A DNA stretch of 64,000 nucleotides, from positions 1 to 64,000 of IMG/VR virus record IMGVR_UViG_3300003890_000014; one strand, 5' to 3'. How positions within the stretch are numbered: the stretch's first letter is position 1; every line of letters starts with the position of its first letter. This document shows, piece after piece, positions 27,337-37,308 of the stretch. The stretch comes from a virus. Below the pieces are notes generated by a model, which saw only the letters and a program-made list of their open reading frames with translations, was not told where the DNA came from and ran no database searches. The translations under genes were made by a program, and so were the position numbers.

Positions 27337-27541
27337 TGTATTCCTTCCAATTCTTCATATCTTCAACTTTAATTTATACCTTATCAGGGCACCCCATGTC
27401 AAATACATTCTTTGGATTAACGATATTAAACCATCTACATTTAATTTGATATACGTTCTTACCTGGGATTAAGATCATATGAACAGGCATTAACGCCACA
27501 TCTCTTCCATAAATATGCTTGTACAATTTACCTTTTTGCAC
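27320..27541 (-). pseudogene. Hypothetical gene with in-frame TAA at 27376-27374
   Basis: GTG start after GGAG; MGCPDKV*IKVEDMKNWKEYNVEQI*. Confidence 0.6.
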
Positions 27542-27786
27542 GTTTTACAGTCTCCATGAGATAAAAGCTATTATTAGTCTTAATCAACCATCTAGAGGTA
27601 GATTTTTTTTGTAATTTTAATTAAAGGACTAGTACGTAAAGGATCTGACCCTCTTAAAATCAAGCATTCTCCGGCCTTTGGCTCAGACATTAGAACCCCG
27701 AAAAAACTCATACCAGACTCTACAGAATAATGACCGGAAATATAGTTCAACTTATCATAAACTTTATATAATTTATCTAGACTCAT
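27528..27786 (-). pseudogene. Hypothetical gene frameshifted in an A8 run
   Basis: With A7 at 27603-27610 the frame reads RTSPLIKITKKSTSRWLIKTNNSFYLMETVKRAKR*, overlapping the next start. Confidence 0.6.
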
Positions 27787-27992
27787 TTTGTAGCCTTTTT
27801 AGGAAAGCAAGAGTCAGGATTCAAAAGAAAGCATTCTACCCTAGAATTTGGGAAAAAATGATCTTTAACTTTAGAGATCAAAACCGAAATAAAAAATAAC
27901 ATAACGCATAAGAAAAAAATAACAGCAAAAATCACTATTACATTTACAAATTCTCTAATGAGAATTTTTATTATCTTAATTGCCCTGCTCCC
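27783..27992 (-). CDS. Small membrane protein
   Basis: Long hydrophobic segment; the start position is uncertain. Confidence 0.5.
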   Translation of the reverse strand, partial: GSRAIKIIKILIREFVNVIVIFAVIFFLCVMLFFISVLISKVKDHFFPNSRVECFLLNPDSCFPKKATK

Positions 27993-28357
27993 CATACCGC
28001 TACCCCCATGACCAATACTCCTAGACCAAAGTATAACCATTGATTTGTTGATTTATATTGTTCAATTGTATTAACTCTATCTTCTAACTTCATGGAAGTA
28101 TTCATCCAAAGATCGGCTCGCTTCTCTTGAATGTTGATGGCAAGATCTTTAAGTTCTATAATTTTCTCTAGCTTCGCAACTTGTTCTTCACGATCTTTAA
28201 GATCAGCCACAGTTTTACCTACTTTTTTATGACATTCAGCTGTATATTCAAAGTTACCATTAGATAATTTTGAGATACCAGTAAAAAAGTCACATTCAGC
28301 AAAAGCTATATTACTTAGAAGACTCAGGGTTATCAGTAGTACTAAGGGCTTTTCCAT
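27971..28357 (-). CDS. Exported coiled-coil protein with C-terminal TM (spanin-like)
   Basis: Signal peptide (AFA), coiled coil, C-terminal WLYFGLGVLVMGVAVW. Confidence 0.55.
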   Translation of the reverse strand: MEKPLVLLITLSLLSNIAFAECDFFTGISKLSNGNFEYTAECHKKVGKTVADLKDREEQVAKLEKIIELKDLAINIQEKRADLWMNTSMKLEDRVNTIEQYKSTNQWLYFGLGVLVMGVAVWGAGQLR

Positions 28358-28694
28358 CTAATCTTTCTCCTGTTTCACAATTAAATTTAACGAGAACTTG
28401 TTTATTTAGCTGTCTAATGTCCATCTCGCCTTTCATAACAAAAACAAGAATTTGAGCTAAAAATTGATACTTGCCGTCTTGAATTCCAGTAATTTTAAGA
28501 GCCACACCTTCTTGCTCGTCAAAAAGACATTCTCCAACTTTATACTTCGGCATCCCGTCGATGTAATATTTACCACTTACGAACAGACCTGCGCTGATCG
28601 CTAAAAAAATCATCCCAAATAACAATCGTTTCTTGAGACTCATTTTGGGCTTGTTTCCGCCTTTGATAACTTTCATTTTCGGAGGCTTCTTCAT
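28311..28694 (-). CDS. Membrane-anchored hypothetical protein
   Basis: TM segment, then PKYKVGEC. Confidence 0.65.
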   Translation of the reverse strand: MKKPPKMKVIKGGNKPKMSLKKRLLFGMIFLAISAGLFVSGKYYIDGMPKYKVGECLFDEQEGVALKITGIQDGKYQFLAQILVFVMKGEMDIRQLNKQVLVKFNCETGERLDGKALSTTDNPESSK

Positions 28695-28769
28695 TTTCTA
28701 ATTCCTTATGGTTAATGGGAGGATTAATAAGAGGTTTAACCCACCTGTTTTTATATTACTTAGACGTGG

Positions 28770-29057
28770 TTATTTCTTTTTATTCCAGTCTTCGGAAATA
28801 TCGTCCTCTTTCCGATTTTCAATTCGCTTGCTAATCTCATCAGCTTCTACTTTGGTTTTGTCAGCTTCTCTTTCAATTTGAGAGCTTTCCGATTTAAGTT
28901 TTTCATCCTCTGCTTTTGCAGCTCCAGTAACTCTGCGAGCAGAACCAATAAGTAACGAAAGAACGAGATCCCTAAATACAAAAAGTAAAACCAAAGGTAA
29001 AAGAATAAAAAACAGAAGTTTATTATTGTTCCAAAGATTCTTAATTTTCTCATCCAT
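28770..29057 (-). CDS. N-terminal TM plus coiled coil (i-spanin-like)
   Basis: LLFFILLPLVLLFVF followed by charged heptads. Confidence 0.55.
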   Translation of the reverse strand: MDEKIKNLWNNNKLLFFILLPLVLLFVFRDLVLSLLIGSARRVTGAAKAEDEKLKSESSQIEREADKTKVEADEISKRIENRKEDDISEDWNKKK

Positions 29058-29349
29058 TCTTCTCATCCTTTGCGCTTAAATCCACTTTCTTGCCGTCTCC
29101 TTGAATCCTACGACCCAAGTAAGCTGCTAAACAGATTCCAAAGAGGTAGTTAGCTTGGGTAAGATCAATGCCACCAACCAAACCAGAAAGTTTTCCAAGT
29201 TGACCTAAAAGGGCATTATTAAAGGAAAGAAAGGTCATGGTGGCCGTAAGACTTGGCTTACCATCAGACCTAATCATTGGAACTGGGACTCCGAATTCAT
29301 TGAGTTTTAAAATAGCTTTTTTTAGTTTACTTACTATAATTTGTAGCAT
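29050..29349 (-). CDS. Putative holin-like membrane protein
   Basis: GKPSLT, two hydrophobic segments, AYLGRR and a charged tail. Confidence 0.5.
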   Translation of the reverse strand: MLQIIVSKLKKAILKLNEFGVPVPMIRSDGKPSLTATMTFLSFNNALLGQLGKLSGLVGGIDLTQANYLFGICLAAYLGRRIQGDGKKVDLSAKDEKNG

Positions 29350-29355
29350 ATGATC

Positions 29356-29384
29356 ATTTTACCCCTTTTGAATTTAGAAATCAA
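29356..29384 (-). promoter_or_regulatory. Sigma70-like promoter, probably leaderless
   Basis: TTGATT-17-TAAAAT, then 6 nt to the ATG. Confidence 0.55.
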
Positions 29385-29992
29385 ACATTCTTACGATACA
29401 TTTCAAATAAACTTTTTCTTAAACGCTTTTGAGGAGTTACCCCTAAAGGAGCTAGGATAGTTTCATATTTACGTACCACTGCCCAAGCTTCTTCCTCTGT
29501 GAGGCTATGAAGTAGTTCTTCATCAACTTCAATCTCAATAAAATGAGACATCTGACCAGATTCGTCAATTACTGTATAAAACGGAAGAGTTGCGTCCTTT
29601 AATCTATAAATGTGAACATACTTGGCTATTTTAAAATTTTTAGTAAATCCCAAGCTTTCACAAAACTTAGCGGTGTTTTCAATCGTATTTCCATCGCATC
29701 GCAAGTTTACTTCTACTCGATTGATATTGTTTTGTGTATTAACTTTTTTCTTAAAAGTAAGCTCTTGTCGGCCCTCAAGATTCTTTATATCATAACGATG
29801 TCTGATAAATTCTTCACCTTTTACATAGTAAATATCATCTGATTCAAGATAAATAAATTCTTTTTCATCGGGTAAAGCAGATACGAGTTTTTTAAATTCG
29901 TATACTAAATCACCTTCAACTTTGAATTTAACTTCAAATTCAGTGAATTTTAAAGTCTCTTTAGGATTTTGTTCTTGCGAATTTGAATCCAT
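29381..29992 (-). CDS. CYTH-domain triphosphate tunnel enzyme (CyaB-like)
   Basis: EFEVK (ExExK), DIYY, IRHR, LTFK, RVEVN, FIEIE. Confidence 0.85.
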   Translation of the reverse strand: MDSNSQEQNPKETLKFTEFEVKFKVEGDLVYEFKKLVSALPDEKEFIYLESDDIYYVKGEEFIRHRYDIKNLEGRQELTFKKKVNTQNNINRVEVNLRCDGNTIENTAKFCESLGFTKNFKIAKYVHIYRLKDATLPFYTVIDESGQMSHFIEIEVDEELLHSLTEEEAWAVVRKYETILAPLGVTPQKRLRKSLFEMYRKNV

Positions 29993-30707
29993 GTTTTGGC
30001 TTTTCCTCTCTAGGAAACTCTAGTTTGTTGACTAGCTCTTCGAGATCCTCAAGAGTTCCATCGTTTTTGATGACGTTAGTGTCGGGAATCAGTTTTCTAA
30101 GCACCTTAACTGCTGTCTCGGATTCATGGGTGGCCATTGCAAGGCGTTCTTCTGCTTCGGGACGCTCGACATAATAACAAATAAAATTACTACCGAACTT
30201 CTCTTGCAAAAATTCAAGCTCATTAGGGAAACGAATATCAGTTACACAATAAGTGCCTGATTTTGTCAATTTTGAAAGCTCTTTATCGCTAAAAGCTGCT
30301 CTGACATGCCAGTCTTTATATATTCGTTCTCGTATAAAATTTGTTCCAAGTACTTGAAGAATTTCTCGTGGAGTAGATAGTACTTTATGCTCCAAACCCG
30401 ATACTGGAGCAGTATCGGGGCGGTATAGTTGATTGCCGTTACCTGTATAAGAATCTACGATTAATTGACATTCAGTTCTAAACTTTTTAAGAGATCTAGA
30501 ATCTAATTGAATTGGAGTCTTTAAAGGAATTTCTTTAAGAATTGGATCATTAAATAAATTGATATGAATACCAAAGAACTCTGAGCAGAGTCGTTTTAGT
30601 GGTCCAGCAAAACTAATCTTGCCATGAGATCGTTTCTTATCTTTGAGAATATCTGCTACTGTATCTTTTCCACCACCTTTTGGTGCTACAAGTCCAATAA
30701 TGATCAT
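29961..30707 (-). CDS. Deoxynucleoside monophosphate kinase
   Basis: GLVAPKGGGKDT, SFAGPLK, PREILQVLGT, TDIRFPNE, HESE. Confidence 0.9.
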   Translation of the reverse strand: MIIIGLVAPKGGGKDTVADILKDKKRSHGKISFAGPLKRLCSEFFGIHINLFNDPILKEIPLKTPIQLDSRSLKKFRTECQLIVDSYTGNGNQLYRPDTAPVSGLEHKVLSTPREILQVLGTNFIRERIYKDWHVRAAFSDKELSKLTKSGTYCVTDIRFPNELEFLQEKFGSNFICYYVERPEAEERLAMATHESETAVKVLRKLIPDTNVIKNDGTLEDLEELVNKLEFPREEKPKHGFKFARTKS

Positions 30708-30728
30708 GTGTCCTCCTAGATCGTATGA

Positions 30729-31165
30729 TTACTTTAACTTAACAAAGGTCACTTTGTCAAGAGAAATCTGATAAAATTGCTCATTTTTAGCTAAATATTT
30801 ATTTGGAACTTCTGTTATAGGCGCTGATGCAAGATCTACGCCATCTACTATTAAAGCCTGAGTTTTATAGGCATTAAACATAAAAATATGATAGGGAATT
30901 TAGAATTCTCTACAAACTTTCTTTTTCTAATAGGGAATTAAACTAAGGGCCAAGGGAATTTTCCCTCTTTCCAAGCAAGCTTAATCTCACATTCAATGTA
31001 TCCATACATTTTATCTTCGTGAAAAAGAATTAAATCAGGTTCGTATTTATCTGGATTATCTTTTATAGAAACATTGTATTGACTATGAAAATAATCTTTA
31101 ACTGCTTCTCTAGCTATTTGATCATTGTGTTCAAATAAATTTTTATCAAAAGGTTTATATACCAT
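30729..31165 (-). pseudogene. PD-(D/E)XK-like nuclease gene with a nonsense codon and a frameshift
   Basis: PDL...ECEIK...FPWPLV*FPIRKRK (TAA 30940-30938), then a frameshift near 30882-30886 into MFNAYKTQALIVDG...VPNKY...EQFYQI. Confidence 0.7.
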
Positions 31166-31168
31166 TGT

Positions 31169-31957
31169 TTAGACTTTCGTTTTGATGGATTTTAATTTCT
31201 CTTTTGAAAATTCATTTTTTCGACTTCTAACTTCAGCTCCGCATTCTACGCAATAATATCTTTGAAATTTACCCATACTAGTATAAGCAAAGCCATTTCG
31301 GTTAAATTTACTACTACCACAAGCACATACAGTATCGGTAGTATCAGAATAAAGATTTACGTTTAGAGAGTTATCCCAAGGTTGAAGTTTAAGATATAAT
31401 TCTTCGAGAGAAAGTACATCGTATTTATTATACTTTTCCATCTCTTTCCAAGCCTTCATATTACCTGCCATACATTGAACCCAAAGCTCAAACCCACCAA
31501 ACTTAGCGCGCTTTTGTTTCTTATATTTCACGCATAATTTATCAGTCATATATTCGAGTTTGTTTGAAGTAAATCCAAATTTCTTAGAAGCAATACGTTT
31601 AGTGTCGATATGTTTAAAAGATGATGGTGGCTTCATACCGTTCATAATGAAGCGAGCATTAAGTTTTTTAATATCGAAAGAGATACCATTTTGAGTAACA
31701 ATTACATCAGCTTCGTTGATAAGCTTCCAAATACCTTTAAGAAGCTCTTTATCATCTTCAAGTTTTTTTGCTTTACGTTGATCTTGATACATGATCTTTG
31801 ATGGGGCATCTCCAAGCCATTTAGCACTCCAAGCTAGGATATGCCAATCAGATTTCAACATATTCAGAGGAATGTTTTGATCCCACAATCCCCACACGTA
31901 AGCGAGCATTGGAGCGGTTTCTATGTCTAGTAGAAGTATTTTAGGTCTTTTCTTCAT
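31169..31957 (-). CDS. RNase H-like 3'-5' exonuclease with C-terminal Zn ribbon
   Basis: LDIET, QNGISFD, HIDT, YNKYDV, CACG...CVECG. Confidence 0.85.
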   Translation of the reverse strand: MKKRPKILLLDIETAPMLAYVWGLWDQNIPLNMLKSDWHILAWSAKWLGDAPSKIMYQDQRKAKKLEDDKELLKGIWKLINEADVIVTQNGISFDIKKLNARFIMNGMKPPSSFKHIDTKRIASKKFGFTSNKLEYMTDKLCVKYKKQKRAKFGGFELWVQCMAGNMKAWKEMEKYNKYDVLSLEELYLKLQPWDNSLNVNLYSDTTDTVCACGSSKFNRNGFAYTSMGKFQRYYCVECGAEVRSRKNEFSKEKLKSIKTKV

Positions 31958-31965
31958 AATTTCCT

Positions 31966-34344
31966 TTATTTTGCTTCTGCAAAGTTGTCCGCAATGACAG
32001 GCTCTGCCAGGATTGGAATATCAATTTGCTTAGTAATTGAATTATTCTCCATTGCATCTTTTAGCAGCTCTGCTGCCATATTAGCATGTTCGTCACGTAT
32101 AATGCAAGTAATTTCGTCGTGAACTTGTAAAGAAATCCAACCATCGATTTTATGAGCTTTGAGACTCTTTGCGAGTTTAATCATAGCCGCATTACATACG
32201 TGTGCAGCAGTGGCTTGGATTGGAAAGTTTTTAGAATTGTTTAATCCATTACGAAATTTATAGTACATGAGTTCACCGAATTCGTCTCCGTACTTTTGTT
32301 TCATTTTGTGTTTATTATAAATATTTGGACCATATCTTTTATAAAGATCAGCAGTCTCATTGAGATGTCGAACCCTTCCGAATTGAGTCCTAACTGTGCC
32401 ATAAGTACGAGCTTGAAACTCTTGATTTGACATATACTCTCTTAGCATTGGGTAAGCGTCAAGATAATTGTCAATAATCTGTTTTGCTTCCATAGGATCA
32501 ACTTTCATTATACCAGCAATACGGTATTCATTCGCACCATATGGAACGGCCAAAGTGAAAGTTTTTGAGAGTTGTCGTTTATCAGGTTCTACCTTTTTAA
32601 GATAATTTTCGTCACTTTCCCTAGCGGAAACGTCGGTTAATCCGAACACGTCAATTGCAATTTGAGAGTAAAGATCTAAACCTTCTCTCCATACTGTTTT
32701 AAGACCTTCGTCCCCCGATACCCAACTAAAAATTCTAGGTTCAAGAGATGAAAAATCTGCGTTTACTACTTTGTATCCAGGAGGGGCAATAAATCCAGTT
32801 TTAATTCTCTTATCGTCTCTGGGAAGGGTTTGTAAGTTGAGTCCTCCAGCACAAGAAAACCTACCAGAAGTAGTTCCAAACTGAAGCATAGAAGGGTAAA
32901 GCCAACCGTTAATATTAGTTTCGATAATGGGTTTAATATATGTATTTAATAGCTTCTCTTCTTTTTTTAATTTCACAAAATCCGCCATAAACGGAAGATG
33001 CATATACTCCTCAAGTGACTCTTTATCCACTTGTGGTTTGTTAGTTTTTTTGGAGTATTTTTTTGGTTTCTCGCCATACTTCTGAAAAAGAAGCCAAGCA
33101 AGATCGTCATTTGACGCTAAATTAAAAATTTCAGGAAGATCTGGGTGAGATTCGACAAAAATAGAACGCTTTATGTCATAGATAACGCTTTTAGGCAAAA
33201 CTGGGCCAGTATCTGCTGGATCGGGAATCATCTCAATGACCTCAATTTTAGATATTTGCCCGTCTTGTTCTACTTCTTTTTCGACCTTAACTTCTATGAG
33301 TTTAGGACTATGAAGAAGCCATTCTATAGCTGGATGGCCTGGATATGCGGAAATTAAAGGTTGCAGTGCACTTTTAGCCAGTGTGGGCTTGCCCGTCCGT
33401 TTATTTGAAGGAATCGGGATTTCATAATAACGCAACACTCTTTCAGCAAATTTTCCAGTCCTGGTTTCTTTAATCTTTTCGTCTAGAATCTGCCTTACAT
33501 AAGGCTCGATATCTTTTCGGATTTTATCAAAGATAGATCCAGTTAATTCGATTATACCACGTTCTACATCTTTCTCAAGTTTTTTAAAATATTCTAAGTC
33601 GATGAAAATCCCCCCTGATTTCATGGGGATAGTACAGTTCTTATACAGAGGCATTACCTCTTCTTCATAGAAAAATTTATCTAATCGTTCTTTGACGAGA
33701 CGATCTTGTAAATACTCATATAATCGAAGGGTTAGGTCCACGTCAGCGCAAGCATATTTTCCGATTATTTCTACGTTGCCCTTATAAATATCCTTTTGAG
33801 TCTTCGTAAACTTGCCGCCATTGCGTTTTACAGATTCCCCAAGCTCTAGTTGTTCTTGGTTTGCTACTTCCTCTTCAGGGATGCCTAAATGGGCTTTATA
33901 GAGGATTGCGATGTCTTTTAAACCAAAAGGTTGTTCCTCATCCACAGTATGCTTCATGAGGATGGTATCAGCGTATAAAGCAGGTGTTAAATCAATCCCG
34001 TAACGGTTTTTGATAACTGTAATATCGAACACGCCATTATGCATTATAAGTTTCTTATTGAGCAAGAATGAGCAAAGCTCTTCGACAAAAGTTTGCTCAA
34101 CTTCTTTTGGCATATAGCTTACAAGAGTCTCGTTCTTCCATACTCTGAAAGGAATATAAACCCCTTCGTCTACAAAGGAAGTAACGGCAATACCGATAAC
34201 CTCTGCGGTTTTTTCTACCGCACTATTAGTTTCGATATCGAATGATACGTAGTCGTGCCCAGCTTCTTCTAAAAAATCAAGAACCCGATTGAGGCTCTCG
34301 TTTAAATCGGCTGAAGGGACTATCAGTTGGTACTTCTTGTCCAT
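31966..34344 (-). CDS. polA: Family A DNA polymerase with 3'-5' exonuclease domain
   Basis: FDIET, HNGVFD, YACAD; TTSGRFS, ADFSSLEPR, RQLSKTFTLAVPYG, NFPIQ, QVHDE. Confidence 0.95.
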   Translation of the reverse strand: MDKKYQLIVPSADLNESLNRVLDFLEEAGHDYVSFDIETNSAVEKTAEVIGIAVTSFVDEGVYIPFRVWKNETLVSYMPKEVEQTFVEELCSFLLNKKLIMHNGVFDITVIKNRYGIDLTPALYADTILMKHTVDEEQPFGLKDIAILYKAHLGIPEEEVANQEQLELGESVKRNGGKFTKTQKDIYKGNVEIIGKYACADVDLTLRLYEYLQDRLVKERLDKFFYEEEVMPLYKNCTIPMKSGGIFIDLEYFKKLEKDVERGIIELTGSIFDKIRKDIEPYVRQILDEKIKETRTGKFAERVLRYYEIPIPSNKRTGKPTLAKSALQPLISAYPGHPAIEWLLHSPKLIEVKVEKEVEQDGQISKIEVIEMIPDPADTGPVLPKSVIYDIKRSIFVESHPDLPEIFNLASNDDLAWLLFQKYGEKPKKYSKKTNKPQVDKESLEEYMHLPFMADFVKLKKEEKLLNTYIKPIIETNINGWLYPSMLQFGTTSGRFSCAGGLNLQTLPRDDKRIKTGFIAPPGYKVVNADFSSLEPRIFSWVSGDEGLKTVWREGLDLYSQIAIDVFGLTDVSARESDENYLKKVEPDKRQLSKTFTLAVPYGANEYRIAGIMKVDPMEAKQIIDNYLDAYPMLREYMSNQEFQARTYGTVRTQFGRVRHLNETADLYKRYGPNIYNKHKMKQKYGDEFGELMYYKFRNGLNNSKNFPIQATAAHVCNAAMIKLAKSLKAHKIDGWISLQVHDEITCIIRDEHANMAAELLKDAMENNSITKQIDIPILAEPVIADNFAEAK

Positions 34345-36400
34345 TATTCTCTTTCTGCTTTTTTACCTTTTGTAAACTTTCACTTAACCGTTGAGTAGAA
34401 GGTTGGGGAGTATCTTCTTGACGATCTCGATAAGCTTCATCAATAAAAGGATCAAAAGTAACATCAAGATTAGCTTGTTGACACTGATTTCTATAGGTTT
34501 CAAATTCACTACGAGTTACTTCTCTAATAGCGCCTTTGCGCCCATCCCATTTAAATACCATCTCTCCGAGAGGTCCAGAACGATTTTTACCAATATACAC
34601 ATTCATAAAAGCGTCATCACCTTGAAGTCCAGATCCGAACGGTCTCCATACGTTAATAACCGCCGTAGCGCCTTCTTCCCATGCTCCTGAGTCTTTAGAT
34701 ACTCGACTCGTTCGTAGAGGATCAGTATGATCTCCATTCTCACGAGATACTTGAGATAGAAACATAATGTGAGTCTTAGTACGTTTTGAAACATCGTTTG
34801 CAAGTAATGCATTATGCGTTGAGTTTGCATATTGATTATCAAACTCTCCAGGGATTCGACCCGCATAATCAACAAAAATCATACGAATATCAATCCCCTT
34901 AGCTTTAGCATTATTTACAGTCGTCTCAATAACCGGAAGACTTGCGGAAGATACGAAACTAAAGAGGGTAAAAGGGTATTGATCATGCACGGCTTGAATA
35001 ACCTCTTCAATGATAGTGGTATTTTTAGTATGGATATTAAAAGCAGCTTCAATTTGAGAAGGGGAATAGTGAGTACATTTTGAACCCAATTTCTCCATCA
35101 CACTGGGAAGAGACATATCAAGAGAGAAAAAAGCGTGGTGCATTTTTTGGGCGTTCAAAGTTTCCATGATATGAACTACCATAGAGGTTTTACCTGATCC
35201 ATTTGCTCCATTAATGATTGAGAAATTTTCGGGACGAAGACGAACTCTTTCATCGATCCAAGTAAGACCTGTTTTTGGATATTCTTGTAGAGCCTCTTCA
35301 CCGTACTTGATATATTGATTGGTGATATCTCTAATAGTGAGAAGATCCTTATTATTAAGACGATTCTCTTTGCAGCATGGGCCATATCCAATATCGCATT
35401 TATTTTGAAGAAATCTATCAGTCTCACAACTAAAAGTTCCACCTTTCCATTTGGTAGAATATACTTCTGAGATTTCTCGTTCCAACTCAGCTTTATCAAT
35501 CTCTTTAGCATCTGGGTATCTAGCTGCTCGTTTAGTAAGAGCTTTCTCTATAAGGAGAGTAGCGTGCTCTCGACTGAAATCTCGGCCTCGATAATGAGCA
35601 GCAAGTCTTAGTACTGAATTATGTCGTTCGCCTGGAGTAAAGTAACCTTGCTCCAAAGCGTAAAAACATCTACGCATGTTCGGAGGACAATCTGAGAAAT
35701 CAATCTCATTTTGAACATTAGGATCTTTTTTGATCTCTACGACATTATTCTCAATTGACGCCACAGCTAGTAGATACTTAGTCTTCAAACTAGTAGCATC
35801 TACTGGTACAGTGTCAAATTGCTCAAATCGAGGGTTTTTAGCAAGAGTTCTAATATCAAGTTCGGACAAATTCGTAAGCTCTTCAATAGCTAAGGGGATC
35901 TTAAAAAGTTCAGAATCTTGATGCTTTGTATTCTCGATTCTAAAAATTCGAGTCACGTTATAGACTGAAGTATCAAATACATCGTTAGGCACTCCGCAAT
36001 CCTTTGCGAAATTATAACATATAGCCTGAACTTCTTTTGGAGTAAACTTATTAGTAGTTCTTAAAAGAATGTGAATTCCCTTATTACCGCTAAAGTAGAC
36101 TTCTGTTGCGTCTAAGTATCCCAAAGCTTCAAGAGCAGTACAAATCTGTTTTGCAGAAATCCTAGCTCGTTCGAAGTTCACTTTACAATCTAGATCAAAG
36201 AATGGAGTGTTAGTCCACGCTTGACCAGTATACCCTTTGATACTGTGATTATTTTTATCCCAGTATTTTTGAGCATCCTCGCCATAAGTGTAAACTGATC
36301 TATACCAATCGATGTTTCTGTCGGTAATGATCGCTTCAACCTTATCAGGATGGACCAATATCCCACGGTCAGAGACCGTCTTAGTGACTCGTACTAGCAT
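34277..36400 (-). CDS. AEP-type primase fused to a DnaB-like helicase
   Basis: FDLD, FSGNKGIH, RIFR, GERHN, Cys cluster; GANGSGKT, VDY, SQVSR, KNRSG. Confidence 0.9.
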   Translation of the reverse strand: MLVRVTKTVSDRGILVHPDKVEAIITDRNIDWYRSVYTYGEDAQKYWDKNNHSIKGYTGQAWTNTPFFDLDCKVNFERARISAKQICTALEALGYLDATEVYFSGNKGIHILLRTTNKFTPKEVQAICYNFAKDCGVPNDVFDTSVYNVTRIFRIENTKHQDSELFKIPLAIEELTNLSELDIRTLAKNPRFEQFDTVPVDATSLKTKYLLAVASIENNVVEIKKDPNVQNEIDFSDCPPNMRRCFYALEQGYFTPGERHNSVLRLAAHYRGRDFSREHATLLIEKALTKRAARYPDAKEIDKAELEREISEVYSTKWKGGTFSCETDRFLQNKCDIGYGPCCKENRLNNKDLLTIRDITNQYIKYGEEALQEYPKTGLTWIDERVRLRPENFSIINGANGSGKTSMVVHIMETLNAQKMHHAFFSLDMSLPSVMEKLGSKCTHYSPSQIEAAFNIHTKNTTIIEEVIQAVHDQYPFTLFSFVSSASLPVIETTVNNAKAKGIDIRMIFVDYAGRIPGEFDNQYANSTHNALLANDVSKRTKTHIMFLSQVSRENGDHTDPLRTSRVSKDSGAWEEGATAVINVWRPFGSGLQGDDAFMNVYIGKNRSGPLGEMVFKWDGRKGAIREVTRSEFETYRNQCQQANLDVTFDPFIDEAYRDRQEDTPQPSTQRLSESLQKVKKQKENNGQEVPTDSPFSRFKREPQSGS

Positions 36401-36418
36401 GGGGTTTTCTAACTGATT

Positions 36419-36802
36419 TTAGTTCTTAAGCAAAAGATGGCCGATAACGAAATCTTTATCATTTTCATTTGTTTGAAAAGATACAAGAAGAGTATCGCCA
36501 GATCTTAGAGTTAAGCTCTCTGTTTCTTTTGGAAGATATATTTTACAGTTAAGCTTGATTTCAGATCCTTTAAGATCTTGTTTGATTACGTTCGCAAGCT
36601 CGTCGTTAACAGACTTAGGAACAGTCAAAGATCCAATTCGAGAAAATGGGAATTTCTTTTCCCCATTCGAATAACCTTCTGAACGACTGCTACCACCTGA
36701 ACGACCAGAAAAACGACTACCTCCAGAATTACCTGAAGATTGCTGCATTTGACCGCCACCTGAACTGAATCGTGAATTACGTTTAAAACCTGACATTTTC
36801 AT
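36419..36802 (-). CDS. Hypothetical protein with Gly/Ser-rich N-terminus (possible ssDNA-binding protein)
   Basis: Located between the annealing protein and primase; beta-rich C-terminal half. Confidence 0.5.
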   Translation of the reverse strand: MKMSGFKRNSRFSSGGGQMQQSSGNSGGSRFSGRSGGSSRSEGYSNGEKKFPFSRIGSLTVPKSVNDELANVIKQDLKGSEIKLNCKIYLPKETESLTLRSGDTLLVSFQTNENDKDFVIGHLLLKN

Positions 36803-36822
36803 TTTCTCCTAATTATTATTGT

Positions 36823-37308
36823 TTAACTTTCATTCTTCTTAAACTTACTCATGTTAAAGCGAGAGGTTGTTTTTAACTTAGCTGGGGCATCTGGTTGCCC
36901 TTCGGCACCAGCTACGTCAGCCTCGGTCGTTTTAGTGAGTAACTCTTCTTTGTTCTGCTTGAAGCGACTCATCTCGTCAGCAGAAGCAATCGATTTCTCG
37001 ATTTTAAAACCTAAAATTGCAAGGGCACGGCCAATAGCTACCGTTTCAGTGTATTCTAATACTTTTTCACCAAGAAGTTCGCTTGGGAGAAAGGCGTGTC
37101 CAGTAGCAGAAGCAAGTCCTGTGAGTCCATATTCTTGTCCGTCATTAGGATCTTTACAAATTACTGCTCTAACCAAAAGTCCATCCTGGTTAGATTCTAC
37201 AAAAGTATTAATCCTACCATTTGGATATTTACTCCAAAATTCATTAAGACGTTCGTTAACTTTGACATAGGAGTTTTCATTAAACTCTGAATCTTTAAAC
37301 TTATTCAT
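36823..37308 (-). CDS. Rad52/Sak-like single-strand annealing protein
   Basis: YVKVNERL..F...YPNGRI, ATGHA, ETVAIGRALAILG, IASADEM. Confidence 0.75.
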   Translation of the reverse strand: MNKFKDSEFNENSYVKVNERLNEFWSKYPNGRINTFVESNQDGLLVRAVICKDPNDGQEYGLTGLASATGHAFLPSELLGEKVLEYTETVAIGRALAILGFKIEKSIASADEMSRFKQNKEELLTKTTEADVAGAEGQPDAPAKLKTTSRFNMSKFKKNES

